The notes: a model not told the origin generated them from the sequence alone. A stretch of 64,000 nt of DNA from an uncultured Flavobacteriaceae bacterium (GCA_964647355.1 CAZYGK010000006.1:1215-65214); one strand, 5' to 3'; shown: positions 37,721-48,344, counted from the first letter of the stretch. Numbers and translations: made by a program.

Positions 37721-40186
37721 TCAGTAGAGGCCCCAGTCGCCGTTGCCCTGGTTTCCAGCCTCGTCGGGCGCATCTGTGTCGCTACCCTCACCCTCGCCGT
37801 CCGCGCTATAGCCCGAACCGAACCGGTCGCCGCGAGCCACGTAACCGCTGCCCGGCTCGGTGCCGGCCTTGAAAGCCTCAAGCACCACGCCCGCACTCGA
37901 CGGACGCCCGGACTTCAAATCCACGCGCACAAGACGGATACCCGGCGGAATCCGGAACGGCACAGGCGGTTGCTTACCGACGGCGTCCTTCATGAACTCT
38001 CTAAAGATCGGCGCCGCATTCGTGCCACCCGTCTCACCCTTGCCGAGCGAGGCCGGCTGGTCGAAACCGATATAGATGCCGACCGCGAGGTTCGGCGAGA
38101 ACCCGACAAACCACGCATCCTTGTAGTCGTTCGTCGTGCCCGTCTTACCCGCAAGCGGAACGCCCACTTCCTTGACCGTCATAGCCGTCCCGCGCTCAAC
38201 AACGCCTTCCAGCATGTGAACGATCTGGTAGGCGGTTCGAGAATCGAGAACCGATTCCGCATCGTTCGCGATCAGCGGCTCCTCCTGATTACCCCAGCCT
38301 TCCGCGTTGCAGCCTTCGCAAACGCGTTTGTCGTGGCGATAGATCGTCTTGCCCGTGCGGTCTTGAATCCGGTCCACGAGCGCGGGGTAGATGCGCTTGC
38401 CGCCGTTCACGAACATCGAATAGGCCGTGGTCATGCGCACAAGCGTCGACTCCGTCGAACCCAGCGCGTTGGCAAGCACCGGCAGCATCTGCTCGGACGT
38501 GCCCATCTTGCGCGCGTACTCGACGACCTTCTCCATCCCGATGTCGGCGGCGATGCGCACGGTCATCAAGTTGCGCGACTTCTCAAGGCCCTGGCGCAAC
38601 GTCGAGGGACCCGCGAAGTTCTCGTCGTAGTTATCCGGCCGCCACATCGGCAAGCCCTGACCCTGGCTCGCAACGAACGGCACGTCGAGCACGATGCTGG
38701 ACGGCGTGTAGCCCATGTCGAGCGCCGCCGCGTACACCAGCGGCTTGAACGATGACCCAGTCTGCCGCAGCGCCTGCCACGCACGATCGAACTCGCTCGC
38801 GTAGTAGCTAAACCCGCCGACCAGCGCGAGCACGCGCCCGGTGTGCGGGTCCATGGCAAGCAAGCCGCCGTTGACCTTCGGCACCTGGCGAAGACCGAAC
38901 ACGCCGTTCGTACTGCCGTCGGTCGCCTTGGGCAGCGCCTCGACGTAGACGACGTCGCCGGGTGTCACGACTTCCGACGCCTTCTTAGGCTCCGCACCCT
39001 GCCGCTCGTCGGTGATAAACTTGCGCGCCCACTTCATCTCGGCGAGCGGAATCTTGCCCTCGGTCCCATCGGCGAAGCCGATGCGCACCGACTCATTGGC
39101 GCCGTAACCGACCACCGCAGCCAAACGCCATTCCGTGACGTCGACCAGCACCGGCATGTCGCGCAAGGCTTTTTGCCAATCCGTCGCAAGATCGACGCGC
39201 GTGACCGGACCGCGCCAACCGTGCCGGCGGTCATACCCAACCAGCCCTTTGCGCAGCGCCATCACGCCGAAGCGCTGAAGCTTCGGATCGAACGTCGAGC
39301 GAACCGCCAAACCGCCGTCGTAAAGCGACCGGTCGCCGTAGTTTTGCTGAATCCAACGCCGGATCTCTTCCGCGAAGAACTGTGCTTCCGGTGACTGCGC
39401 GCCGGCCGGCCGGAAGTGGGGAACCAGCGGTTCCGCAACCGCGTTACCCGCGTCTTCGTCGCTGATGAACTGGTTCGTCGCCATACGCTCGATCACCCAA
39501 TTCCGCCGTCCGACCGCGGCGCTGTGATTGCGAATGGGATGATAGGTGCTCGGCGCCTTCGGAAGGCCGGCCAAGAAAGCGGTCTCCGCGATCGTCAGCT
39601 GATCGAGCGACTTATCGAAATAGTTGTAAGCCGCCGCCGCAACGCCGTACGAACCCGAACCCAAGAAGATCTCGTTCAGATAAAGCTCAAGGATCTTGTC
39701 TTTGCTGTACGCATCCTCGAGGCGGAACGCGAGCATCCACTCCTTGATCTTGCGTTCAAGCGTGGCCTCGCTCGACAGCAGGAAGTTCTTCGCGACCTGC
39801 TGCGTAATCGTCGACGCGCCCTCGGGCCTGCGGTTCGCGCCCGAAAGATAATTCTGCACGTTGGTGACGACCGCGCGCGTCACGCCGTTCAGGTCGACGC
39901 CGGGATGCGAGTAGAAGTCCTTGTCTTCGGCCGACAGGAACGCGTCGATCACGCGGCGCGGAATAGCGTCGATCGGCACGAACAACCGCCGCTCGCGCGC
40001 ATACTCGGCTATCAACGCACCGTCGTTCGCATAGACGCGCGTGGTGATCGGCGGCTCGTAATTCGCGAGCCTCTTATAGTCGGGAAGATCCTGACTGAGC
40101 TTGTACAGGTACAACGCGACCCCGGCCGAAACCGAGATCATCAAGACCGCGATGCCGCCCAGCGTGTACGCGATAAAACGATACAT
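37721..40186 (-). CDS. mrcA: Penicillin-binding protein 1A (bifunctional glycosyltransferase/transpeptidase)
   Basis: An N-terminal TM anchor is present. The GT51 motifs are AFLSAEDKDFYSHPGVD and GASTITQQVAKN. The transpeptidase motifs are SSFKP, SRN and KTGTT. Confidence 0.9.
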   Translation of the reverse strand: MYRFIAYTLGGIAVLMISVSAGVALYLYKLSQDLPDYKRLANYEPPITTRVYANDGALIAEYARERRLFVPIDAIPRRVIDAFLSAEDKDFYSHPGVDLNGVTRAVVTNVQNYLSGANRRPEGASTITQQVAKNFLLSSEATLERKIKEWMLAFRLEDAYSKDKILELYLNEIFLGSGSYGVAAAAYNYFDKSLDQLTIAETAFLAGLPKAPSTYHPIRNHSAAVGRRNWVIERMATNQFISDEDAGNAVAEPLVPHFRPAGAQSPEAQFFAEEIRRWIQQNYGDRSLYDGGLAVRSTFDPKLQRFGVMALRKGLVGYDRRHGWRGPVTRVDLATDWQKALRDMPVLVDVTEWRLAAVVGYGANESVRIGFADGTEGKIPLAEMKWARKFITDERQGAEPKKASEVVTPGDVVYVEALPKATDGSTNGVFGLRQVPKVNGGLLAMDPHTGRVLALVGGFSYYASEFDRAWQALRQTGSSFKPLVYAAALDMGYTPSSIVLDVPFVASQGQGLPMWRPDNYDENFAGPSTLRQGLEKSRNLMTVRIAADIGMEKVVEYARKMGTSEQMLPVLANALGSTESTLVRMTTAYSMFVNGGKRIYPALVDRIQDRTGKTIYRHDKRVCEGCNAEGWGNQEEPLIANDAESVLDSRTAYQIVHMLEGVVERGTAMTVKEVGVPLAGKTGTTNDYKDAWFVGFSPNLAVGIYIGFDQPASLGKGETGGTNAAPIFREFMKDAVGKQPPVPFRIPPGIRLVRVDLKSGRPSSAGVVLEAFKAGTEPGSGYVARGDRFGSGYSADGEGEGSDTDAPDEAGNQGNGDWGLY

Positions 40187-40268
40187 GTGTCGAATGATCC
40201 CGCGCTCAATTGGCGCTTTGGTTCGTTATACCACGCCCTAACGGACCGCCACGTGAAAAATCCCGAAG

Positions 40269-40290
40269 AATGCGCAGACTTCTGCGCATT
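40269..40290 (-). terminator. Candidate terminator hairpin downstream of amiC
   Basis: A perfect 9-bp stem AATGCGCAG/CTGCGCATT encloses a 4-nt loop, 33 nt after the amiC stop. On the minus strand the U-run (UUUUU) begins 9 nt after the stem, so this is not a textbook terminator. Confidence 0.35.
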
Positions 40291-40322
40291 TTGTCACAAT
40301 TCGCGAGCATAGTTCGACCCAC

Positions 40323-41570
40323 CTATTGGCCGGCTTCCGCCTTTTGTTCGGACCGGCTTTGTTTGAAGTACGCGTCCACAGCCCTGGTAATTGCGGCGGC
40401 CATGTTTGCGCGCCAACGCCGGCTCTTCATCGCCGACTCATCATGCGCGCTCGAAAGGTAGCCGAGCTCGATCAACACCGAGGGCACATCGGGCGCTTTC
40501 AAAACCCGAAATCCGGCAAAACGATGGCTCTTCTGGGTTACGCCACCGACGCGCTGCAACTCTGGAACGAGCGCCTGAGCGAATTTCACCGAGCTGTTCT
40601 TGGTTTCGCGCTGCGCCAGATCGATCAGGATACTGGTAACGATATCTGACTCCTTCGTCAGATCGACGCCGGCAATGACGTCCGATTGGTTCTCCGAACG
40701 CGCCAATGCTTCTGCTTCGCGGTCGGACGCACGCTCTGACAACGTGTACACCGACGCCCCCCGCGCACCCGAATTCGGCGCCGAATCGGCGTGAACCGAA
40801 ATGAAGAGATCCGCTTTCTCGCGCCGGCCCGCCGCCACCCGCGCCTTCAGCGACAAGAAGATGTCCGTATCGCGCGTCATCACGACTTTGTACTTGCCGG
40901 TGGCTTCCAGCGCGCTGCGAAGGGTGCCGGCAACCGACAAAACCAGATCCTTCTCCTGCACGCCGCTAACACCCGTCGCACCGGGATCGACGCCGCCATG
41001 CCCGGGATCGATCACGATGACGCGCTTAGCGTTTCGCTGCTTTTCTGCCCCCGGATCGACGGGAGGCTCTTCCAACACGGACGGCGCCTCAAGCGGCGCC
41101 GCATCCGGCCAACCTGCCGTTTTCAGATAGCTGGCCCGATCCGTCGGGACCAGATCCAGCACAAGCCGGTACCGGCGCTGCCCCTCGGGTGGAAGCAGGA
41201 ACTTATTGGCAAGGGCACTCGGCCCGCTCAGGTCGATAACCATCCGCGACCGGCCCGGCCGAAAGAGCCCATACCTGAAGCCCTTCATGAGGCCGACATT
41301 TTGCTTCGCTGCCGCGGGATCGATCCGCCAGCCCACCTCGGGAAAGTCGATGACCACCCGATAAGGATCGGCCAGCGTGAAGACGTTGACGTCGACCTTC
41401 TCCGAGATGTCGATGACGAGCCGGGTGTGATCCTGGTGCTTGGCCACGCGCATCTCGTTGACCACAGCCGACGGCGCCGCGACGGCCATGGGCGTCGCCC
41501 AAACCAAAATCAGGCTCCAGAACAGCCAAGTGCGGAACAAACTCATATGCCGAAGCTTCATGGCTCCCAA
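40323..41570 (-). CDS. amiC: N-acetylmuramoyl-L-alanine amidase with an N-terminal AMIN domain
   Basis: A signal peptide is present. The AMIN-like segment is HTRLVIDISEKVDVNVFTLADPYRVVIDFPEV. The Amidase_3 core is VIVIDPGHGGVDPGA...DLFISVHADS. Confidence 0.85.
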   Translation of the reverse strand: MGAMKLRHMSLFRTWLFWSLILVWATPMAVAAPSAVVNEMRVAKHQDHTRLVIDISEKVDVNVFTLADPYRVVIDFPEVGWRIDPAAAKQNVGLMKGFRYGLFRPGRSRMVIDLSGPSALANKFLLPPEGQRRYRLVLDLVPTDRASYLKTAGWPDAAPLEAPSVLEEPPVDPGAEKQRNAKRVIVIDPGHGGVDPGATGVSGVQEKDLVLSVAGTLRSALEATGKYKVVMTRDTDIFLSLKARVAAGRREKADLFISVHADSAPNSGARGASVYTLSERASDREAEALARSENQSDVIAGVDLTKESDIVTSILIDLAQRETKNSSVKFAQALVPELQRVGGVTQKSHRFAGFRVLKAPDVPSVLIELGYLSSAHDESAMKSRRWRANMAAAITRAVDAYFKQSRSEQKAEAGQ

Positions 41571-42084
41571 CGACCCTAGGATCGTCGCTCAACCCTCATT
41601 GACGACCCGTTAGCCAAGAATCGGCTACGGTATGCCTCCAAGAACGGGCCTTCACCAGGCCGACTCCGGAAATCGCGGATTTCTGCGGCTTTGGGGTTGC
41701 GAGGGGTGACCAACGAGGTTACAAGAGCCCCCAGCCGGTCGACGGTCGGACCCGAATCGCAAGGGCAATGTCCGATGATCGGGTCAGGCGTCCGCTTTCT
41801 CTTTGTGCCCAACGGCACCCTCAAATGGGGAGACGGAACGCCAAACGAACGCGGGTCGCCCAATCCGGGGCAATCGGCGCCAGGGGTTTTGGACTTTCCC
41901 ATGACGTTTTTCGCCACATCGCACGCGGCTCGGGAGCGGACAGTCGTTCTGCACCCGGTGACAACCGTGTTTGCGCTGGGCGCTTCTGCAACATCCAACC
42001 AAATGGAACTCGGCATGCGCGGCCTAACGTCCGTGCGTTCGCCGCAGGCTCGGCCGCAGCGCGCGGGTTCCGGAGAATTTCTTG
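41571..42084 (+). promoter_or_regulatory. Long non-coding leader/promoter region upstream of rne (divergent from amiC)
   Basis: This 514-nt gap has no credible ORF. rne genes are known to carry long structured autoregulatory 5' UTRs. The boundaries and TSS are not determined here. Confidence 0.35.
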
Positions 42085-44820
42085 ATGTCGAAAAAAATGC
42101 TGGTGGACGCGAGCCACCCGGAAGAAACACGCGTCGTCATACTTGATGGAAACAGGGTCGAAGAATTTGACTACGAGTCGGCGTCACGCCGGCCCCTCAA
42201 GGGAAACATCTATCTAGCCAAGGTCACGAGGGTCGAACCCTCGCTGCAGGCGTGTTTCGTCGAATACGGCGGCAACCGCCACGGCTTCCTGGCGTTTTCG
42301 GAAATCCATCCGGACTATTACCAAATCCCGACAGCCGACCGTCAGGCGCTGCTCGAAGCAAGCCGCGCCGCCCGCCGCCGCGAAGATCTCGATGACGACG
42401 AAGAGGTTGCCGCCGACGCATCCGGCACTGAGGCCGCTGTCGAACCCGCAGCCGAAGCGTCCGCGGACGTCACCTCCTCGCCGTCCGAACCCGCGCTGAA
42501 CGGCGATGCCGAAGGCGCGGAAATCGTCGAGGTGGAAACAAGCGAAGCCGACGACGTCTGGGTGCACGACCCGGAGACCGATCCGGACGCGCCCCCAGCG
42601 GAAGCCAAAGACGGCTCCGGAGATGGCGATGGCGATGTCGTAATCGATGTGCCGGTCGAAACGGTGCCGCACCACGACACCGACGGCGACCACCCGGCCG
42701 ACGTGACGCCGCTTGAGGCCGCCGAGGAAGCCGAAGCCGCGAACGAGCCGGCGGCCGACGACGCAATGGAAGAGCTGCCGCGCCGCGACTACCGCTCGAT
42801 GCGCCGCTACAAGATCCAGGAAGTGATCAAGCGCCGCCAGGTGTTGCTGGTCCAAGTGGTCAAGGAAGAGCGCGGCAACAAGGGCGCCGCGCTGACCACG
42901 TATATGTCGCTCGCCGGACGCTACTGCGTGCTGATGCCGAACACGGACCGCGGTGGCGGTATTTCGCGCAAAATCTCGAACGTCGCCGACAGGCGCAAGC
43001 TGAAAGAAGTGGCCGGGGAGCTCGAGGTTCCCGATGGCATGGGCGTGATCATCCGTACCGCCGGTGCAAACCGGACGAAGCAGGAAATCCGCCGCGACTT
43101 CGAATATCTTCTGCGCCAGTGGGATGCCGTGCGCGATCTCACGCTGAAGTCGACGGCCCCGACGCTTGTCTACGAGGAAGGCAACCTCATCAAGCGCACC
43201 ATCCGCGACCTCTATTCAAAGGATGTCGAAGAGGTTTTCGTTGAGGGTGAGCAAGGCTTCGACGAAGCCCATAGCTTCATGAACATGCTCATGCCGAGCC
43301 ACGCGGACTCGGTCCGGCACTACCAAGACCACGTCCCGCTGTTCCAGCGCTACGGCGTCGAGGCAGCGCTGGACAGCATGTTCAATCCCGTCGTGCGCTT
43401 GCGCTCCGGCGGCTACATCGTGATCAACCAGACCGAAGCGCTTGTCGCGATCGACGTAAACTCCGGCAAAGCGACGCGCGAACACCACATCGAAGACACC
43501 GCGCTCAAGACGAACTTAGAAGCCTCCGAAGAAATCGCGCGCCAGCTGCGCTTGCGGGACCTTGCGGGCCTTGTCGTGATCGACTTCATCGACATGGAGG
43601 AGCATCGCAACAACCGCGCCGTCGAGAAGCGGTTGAAGGACAGCCTCCGCCACGATCGCGCCCGCATTCAACTGGGCCGCATCTCGCCGTTCGGCCTGCT
43701 CGAAATGTCGCGCCAACGTTTGCGCGCCGGCATGGTCGAAGGCGCCACGATCTCGTGTCCGCACTGCGAAGGCCGCGGTGTCATCCGCTCGGTCGGGTCG
43801 ATGGCGCTACGCGTCCTGCGCGCCGTCGAAGAGTACTGCCAGCGTGAAAAGCTGATCGCGATAACGTTGCGCATTCCGCCCGAAATCGCGCTCTACATCT
43901 TGAACCACAAGCGCGCCCAGCTGACGTCGATCGAAGACCGTCACGGCGTCTACATCTACGTGGAATCCAAGGCATCGCTCGCCGCGTCGTCTTACGAGAT
44001 CGAACGCGGCACCAACGTACCGTTCGAGCCGCGCAAGGCCGCCGCGAAGGCTGTCACCGTCGAGAGCGAACTCGAAGCCAACGACGACGTTCACGAGGAG
44101 GACGACGACGACGAAGTGGTCGAAGTCGCCGAGACTGAAGAGCGCGACGACGCCCCGCAAGCCGAAGAGGCGCGCGGCGATGGCGAGGGCCGGCGCCGCA
44201 GACGCCGCCGCCGCCGCGGCCGCGACAGAGATCGCGAACGCGGGCCGGGCCAAGATCGCGGACAACCGCAACATCAGGCGGAACAGGCTGCGACAGACGA
44301 CCATCCCGCTCCACAAGACGGCGACGACGAAGCGGGCGCTGACGGCGAACCCGAGGGCTCCGAGTCCGACGAAGCCGATAACGCCGGCCAACAGCAGCAG
44401 GGAGCATTCGGCGAAAACGGAGAGGGTCGCCGCCGCCGTCGGCGCGGCCGTCGTGGCCGCCGCGGGCGCCGCGACGGGGAAAGCGCAAGCCATGCGCCGC
44501 AGCAACATGGCGGGGCAGCCTATGGCGCCCCCTCCCCCATCGGTCATCTGCCGACACCCGCCGACGCGCTCGACGCGCCGGATTGGCCTGCCACAGGGGG
44601 CTTCGACACGCAGCGCGGCGAACGTCCGCAGGCCCATCAGCCCGCACCGCCTCCGCCGCCAAAGCCGCAGCCGGTGCCCGAGCCGGAAGCCAAGCCCGAC
44701 CGGCCTTCGATCGCGTCCTTCTTCGGCTTCGGGCCGAAGCCGGAAGAAACGCCAGCCGCTCCACCAAGCGAGCCACGCCCGGAACGCAAAGGCTGGTGGA
44801 ACAAGCGAAGCGGCAGCTAA
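42085..44820 (+). CDS. rne: Ribonuclease E
   Basis: The ORF track starts at TTG 42082. ATG at 42085, preceded by GGAGA, gives MSKKMLVDASHPEETRVVILDG. The S1 and catalytic domain blocks include KEERGNKGAALTTYMSLAGRY and LVAIDVNSGK. The C-terminal half is Arg-rich and acidic low-complexity sequence (RRRRRRRRGRDRDRERG, RRRRRGRRGRRGRRDG). Confidence 0.9.
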   Translation: MSKKMLVDASHPEETRVVILDGNRVEEFDYESASRRPLKGNIYLAKVTRVEPSLQACFVEYGGNRHGFLAFSEIHPDYYQIPTADRQALLEASRAARRREDLDDDEEVAADASGTEAAVEPAAEASADVTSSPSEPALNGDAEGAEIVEVETSEADDVWVHDPETDPDAPPAEAKDGSGDGDGDVVIDVPVETVPHHDTDGDHPADVTPLEAAEEAEAANEPAADDAMEELPRRDYRSMRRYKIQEVIKRRQVLLVQVVKEERGNKGAALTTYMSLAGRYCVLMPNTDRGGGISRKISNVADRRKLKEVAGELEVPDGMGVIIRTAGANRTKQEIRRDFEYLLRQWDAVRDLTLKSTAPTLVYEEGNLIKRTIRDLYSKDVEEVFVEGEQGFDEAHSFMNMLMPSHADSVRHYQDHVPLFQRYGVEAALDSMFNPVVRLRSGGYIVINQTEALVAIDVNSGKATREHHIEDTALKTNLEASEEIARQLRLRDLAGLVVIDFIDMEEHRNNRAVEKRLKDSLRHDRARIQLGRISPFGLLEMSRQRLRAGMVEGATISCPHCEGRGVIRSVGSMALRVLRAVEEYCQREKLIAITLRIPPEIALYILNHKRAQLTSIEDRHGVYIYVESKASLAASSYEIERGTNVPFEPRKAAAKAVTVESELEANDDVHEEDDDDEVVEVAETEERDDAPQAEEARGDGEGRRRRRRRRRGRDRDRERGPGQDRGQPQHQAEQAATDDHPAPQDGDDEAGADGEPEGSESDEADNAGQQQQGAFGENGEGRRRRRRGRRGRRGRRDGESASHAPQQHGGAAYGAPSPIGHLPTPADALDAPDWPATGGFDTQRGERPQAHQPAPPPPPKPQPVPEPEAKPDRPSIASFFGFGPKPEETPAAPPSEPRPERKGWWNKRSGS

Positions 44821-45965
44821 CGCCGCTTCTTACACCACTGCACCAGTGCCGTGGCAGCGCGCTCGACCTCGATTGCGCTGCCGGCGTATGAGAACCGTAC
44901 CCAGCGGCAGCCCTCCACGGGATCGAAGTCGTCACCGGGGGTTGCGGCGACGCCCGTGTCGTCGAGAAGCGCTTTCGTGAACGCCGCGGCATCCATGCCG
45001 AACCCACTAACGTCGGCGTACACGTAGAACGCCCCGTCCGCCGGCGCGATCGTTCCAAACCCGGCATCGCCGACCGCCGCCAACAACCGTTCCCGATTGC
45101 GCGCGTAGGTGCGCACGTGGCCGTCGAGTTCCTCCGACGCATCCAACGCGGCAAGCGCCGCGATCTGAGAAATCGTCGGTGGCGAAATATAGAAATTCTG
45201 CGTCAGCCGCTCGATCGGCCGCACCAAGCTGTCGGGAACGACCATCCACCCGATCCGCCATCCGGTCATCGAGAAATATTTCGAGAAACTGTTGATCACG
45301 ACGACGTCGCTCGAATACGCCAAAGCGGTCTGGGCCCGCGCCCCATACGTGATCCCGTGATAAATCTCGTCCGAGATCAGCTTCACGCCTCGCTTCGCGC
45401 AAACCTCGACAATGCCTTTCAATTCGCGTTCGCCGATCACCGTCCCGCTCGGATTTGCGGGACTTGCGATGAGCAGGCCGTCGATTCCGTCGGCCTTCGC
45501 GACCGCGTCCGCGGTCAGCCGGAACTGCATCGCCTCGCGGCACTCGATCAACCGCGGCGCTAGCCCCACAGCGTGCGCAATGTTGCGGTACGCCGGGTAG
45601 CCCGGGTTGGCCATCGCTAATGTTTGCCCCTGATCGAACATCGCAAGAAACGCGAGCACGAACCCGGCTGATGACCCCGCCGTTATGACGATCCGCTCCG
45701 CCGCAACATCTACGCCGCAAGCCTCGCGATAGTGGCGGGCTATGCGCTGACGCAGAGCCGGCCGCCCCAAGGCCTCCGTGTAGCCGAGCACATCGCTACC
45801 CAGCGCCCTTGCGGCCGCCTCCAAGGCAAGCTTCGGGGCTCGCGTACCCGGTTGCCCAGCCTCAAGGTGATATACGGTCCGCCCCGCCGCCGCGAGCGCG
45901 TTAGCGCTATCGAGGACATCCATAACGATGAACGGGGCGACTTCGCTGCGCTTGGAGGCTCTCAC
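44817..45965 (-). CDS. Pyridoxal-phosphate-dependent aminotransferase (class I/II)
   Basis: The start is GTG. The N-terminus is ...APFIVMDVLD. The PLP lysine motif is INSFSKYFSMTGWRIG. NPGYPAY and PANPSG are also present. Confidence 0.85.
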   Translation of the reverse strand: MRASKRSEVAPFIVMDVLDSANALAAAGRTVYHLEAGQPGTRAPKLALEAAARALGSDVLGYTEALGRPALRQRIARHYREACGVDVAAERIVITAGSSAGFVLAFLAMFDQGQTLAMANPGYPAYRNIAHAVGLAPRLIECREAMQFRLTADAVAKADGIDGLLIASPANPSGTVIGERELKGIVEVCAKRGVKLISDEIYHGITYGARAQTALAYSSDVVVINSFSKYFSMTGWRIGWMVVPDSLVRPIERLTQNFYISPPTISQIAALAALDASEELDGHVRTYARNRERLLAAVGDAGFGTIAPADGAFYVYADVSGFGMDAAAFTKALLDDTGVAATPGDDFDPVEGCRWVRFSYAGSAIEVERAATALVQWCKKRR

Positions 45966-46196
45966 GGGTTCGAACTGCCTTAATTCTGCTTCATCACAGG
46001 GCCACTATTGGCGCCAATCGTTGGCCGTTTCACGCCCTTTTTTGCAGCCACCCTGACGCTCCTGTGACAAGCAACTGATTGACGGCAATTCCTCACATTC
46101 GTACCGTGATCCAAAGCCGGATAAGGGGCAGTTCAGCCGAGCCTACGCGCGCCGTGCTTTGGCGCATTTGTGTTGCGTTTCCTGGAGACTGACGTC

Positions 46197-47555
46197 GTGA
46201 CCCTCTCGAAATCCCTCCGTGCCGCCTGCCTGGGCCTTCTGGCCAGCGCTTCGTTGTTGGCCAGCCAAGCCGACGCCTGGGCCCGCGCCGGCATCCGCGA
46301 CGCGGAAATCGAGAAGATCATGCGCAAGTACGCGGACCCGATCTTCAAAGCCGGCGGCCTAGACCCGAAAGCCGTCAAGTTCCTGCTCATCAACGACCCG
46401 TCACTGAACGCGTTCGTTGCCGGCGGCCAGAACGTGTTCATGCACACCGGCATGATCATGACACTCGACACGCCGAACGAGCTGAAGGGCGTGATCGCGC
46501 ACGAAACCGGCCACATCACCGGCGGCCATCTCGCCCGCGGACCGGAGGCATTCGCGAAAGCCGAAATTCCGATGCTGATCGGCATGCTCGCCGGCATCGC
46601 GGCGATCGCGGCCGGCGTTCCCGACCTTGGCATGGGCCTCTTGATCGGCTCGCAGTCGGTCGCGCAACGCCAGGTGCTCGCCTATAGCCGCACCCAGGAA
46701 GCCGCCGCCGACCAAGCCGGCGTGAAATTCATGAACGCAACCGGCCAATCGCCGGCCGGCATGATGGGCGTGTTCGACCGCTTTGCCGATCAAGAAGCGC
46801 TGAGCGGCGCCCGCCAAGATCCGTTCATCCGTTCCCACCCATTGTCTCGCGACCGCGTCGCCAACCTCCAAGGCCTGGTCGACGAATCGCCCAACAAGGA
46901 CAAAAAGGACTCCGCCGCCGATCTGGCCGAGTACGAACTGATGCGTGGCAAGCTTCGCGGCTTCATCGAAACGCCGGAAGTCGTGCTGCGCCGCTATCCG
47001 ATGTCCGACCACAGCGCCCCCGCGCGCTATGCCCGCGCGGCCGCATTCTTCCGTTCGGCCCAGCTCGATCGCTCTTTGCCTGAAGTCGACAGCCTGATCG
47101 CCGAGCGTCCCAACTATGCCTATTACTGGGAGCTGAAGGGCCAAATCCTGCTCGAGTCGAGCCGTGCCAAAGAAGCCGTTGCGCCATACCGTAAGGCGGT
47201 GGAACTCGCACCCGACGAGCCGTTGATCCGCGCCAGCCTCGGCGCAGCCCTAATCGCAACCGAAGACAAGTCGCTCCTACCCGAAGCCAAGCGGCATCTA
47301 AAAATTGCCCTCAAGGACGAACCGGATAACGGCATGGCCTGGTTCTATCTCGCACTCGTCCACGGCGAGGCTGGTGAGGAAGGTTTGGCGGCACTAGCGA
47401 CCGCCGAACGCTACTTCACGCTCGGCGGCTATCCGCAGGCCGTCAGCTTCGGGCAGCGCGCCGTTGCGCGCCTGAAGGAAGGTTCCAACGACTGGCAGCG
47501 GGCCAACGACATCGTCGCGATTGCTCAAGCCGAAGCCGCCAAACGAAACCGCTAA
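46197..47555 (+). CDS. M48-family zinc metalloprotease with C-terminal TPR repeats (BepA-like)
   Basis: The ORF track starts at GTG 46170. GTG at 46197, preceded by GGAGA, gives the signal peptide VTLSKSLRAACLGLLASASLLASQADA. The HExxH motif is in IAHETGHITGGH. TPR-like helices lie in the C-terminal 180 aa. Confidence 0.8.
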   Translation: MTLSKSLRAACLGLLASASLLASQADAWARAGIRDAEIEKIMRKYADPIFKAGGLDPKAVKFLLINDPSLNAFVAGGQNVFMHTGMIMTLDTPNELKGVIAHETGHITGGHLARGPEAFAKAEIPMLIGMLAGIAAIAAGVPDLGMGLLIGSQSVAQRQVLAYSRTQEAAADQAGVKFMNATGQSPAGMMGVFDRFADQEALSGARQDPFIRSHPLSRDRVANLQGLVDESPNKDKKDSAADLAEYELMRGKLRGFIETPEVVLRRYPMSDHSAPARYARAAAFFRSAQLDRSLPEVDSLIAERPNYAYYWELKGQILLESSRAKEAVAPYRKAVELAPDEPLIRASLGAALIATEDKSLLPEAKRHLKIALKDEPDNGMAWFYLALVHGEAGEEGLAALATAERYFTLGGYPQAVSFGQRAVARLKEGSNDWQRANDIVAIAQAEAAKRNR

Positions 47556-47564
47556 AGACACAAG

Positions 47565-48344
47565 ATGAACAACCAAAAAACCGTCCTCTATCTGCTTCTG
47601 GCCGCCGTGATCATGATCGCAGCGGTCTTTGGGGCGCTGCGCCTCGCCGGCATGACCAGTGGCGACGAAGTCCCGGCCGTCGCGATGAACAAGGCCGACG
47701 TCGAAAAGATTGTACGCAACTACTTGCTCGAAAATCCGGAGGTCCTGTTCGAAGCGATCGACCGCATGAAGAGCAAGGAAGAGGGCCAGCGCCTCGTCAA
47801 AATGAAGGACAAGGCAAAGTCGCATCTAACAGCCCTTTACGCCGAGCCCGATCCTCTGGTCGCGGGTAACCCGAACGGGGACGTGACGATCGTCGAGTTC
47901 TTCGACTACCGCTGCCCCTATTGCCGCAAGGTCAAGAAGACGGTCGCCGACCTACTGAACCAAGACGGAAACATCAAACTCATTCTGAAGGAATTTCCGA
48001 TCCTCTCGCCTGAGTCTGAGTTGGCGGCCCAAGTCGCAATCGCGGCCGCCGCGCAAGGCAAATACTGGGACGTCCATATGGCGTTCATGGGCGCCGAGGA
48101 TCTCGCGGGCGAGCGCATCTTCCAATTGGCGAAAGAGGCGGGCGCCGATATCGAACGCATCAAAGCCGATATGAAGAACCCGAAGGTCGGCAAGCGGCTC
48201 TCGGAAACCCAGTCGCTCGCCGGCGCGATCGGCATCGACGCGACCCCGACGTTTTTTATCGGCGACGAGCCCCTGACGGGCGCACAATCGCTTGAGGAAC
48301 TGAAAAAGGCCGTCGCCGCCGCCCGCAAAGCGAAGCCGAGCTAG
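47565..48344 (+). CDS. DsbA-family thiol:disulfide oxidoreductase
   Basis: An N-terminal anchor is present. The active site is CPYC in [13 protein letters not shown] thioredoxin fold follows. Confidence 0.85.
   Translation: MNNQKTVLYLLLAAVIMIAAVFGALRLAGMTSGDEVPAVAMNKADVEKIVRNYLLENPEVLFEAIDRMKSKEEGQRLVKMKDKAKSHLTALYAEPDPLVAGNPNGDVTIVEFFDYRCPYCRKVKKTVADLLNQDGNIKLILKEFPILSPESELAAQVAIAAAAQGKYWDVHMAFMGAEDLAGERIFQLAKEAGADIERIKADMKNPKVGKRLSETQSLAGAIGIDATPTFFIGDEPLTGAQSLEELKKAVAAARKAKPS

Noticed and set aside
46007-46018. A perfect 12-nt palindrome, ATTGGCGCCAAT, in the divergent promoter region between the aminotransferase and M48 protease genes.
   Set aside because: It is a plausible transcription-factor site, but it is a single short palindrome with no second copy in the window and no regulator gene adjacent. 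The evidence is insufficient to call a feature.
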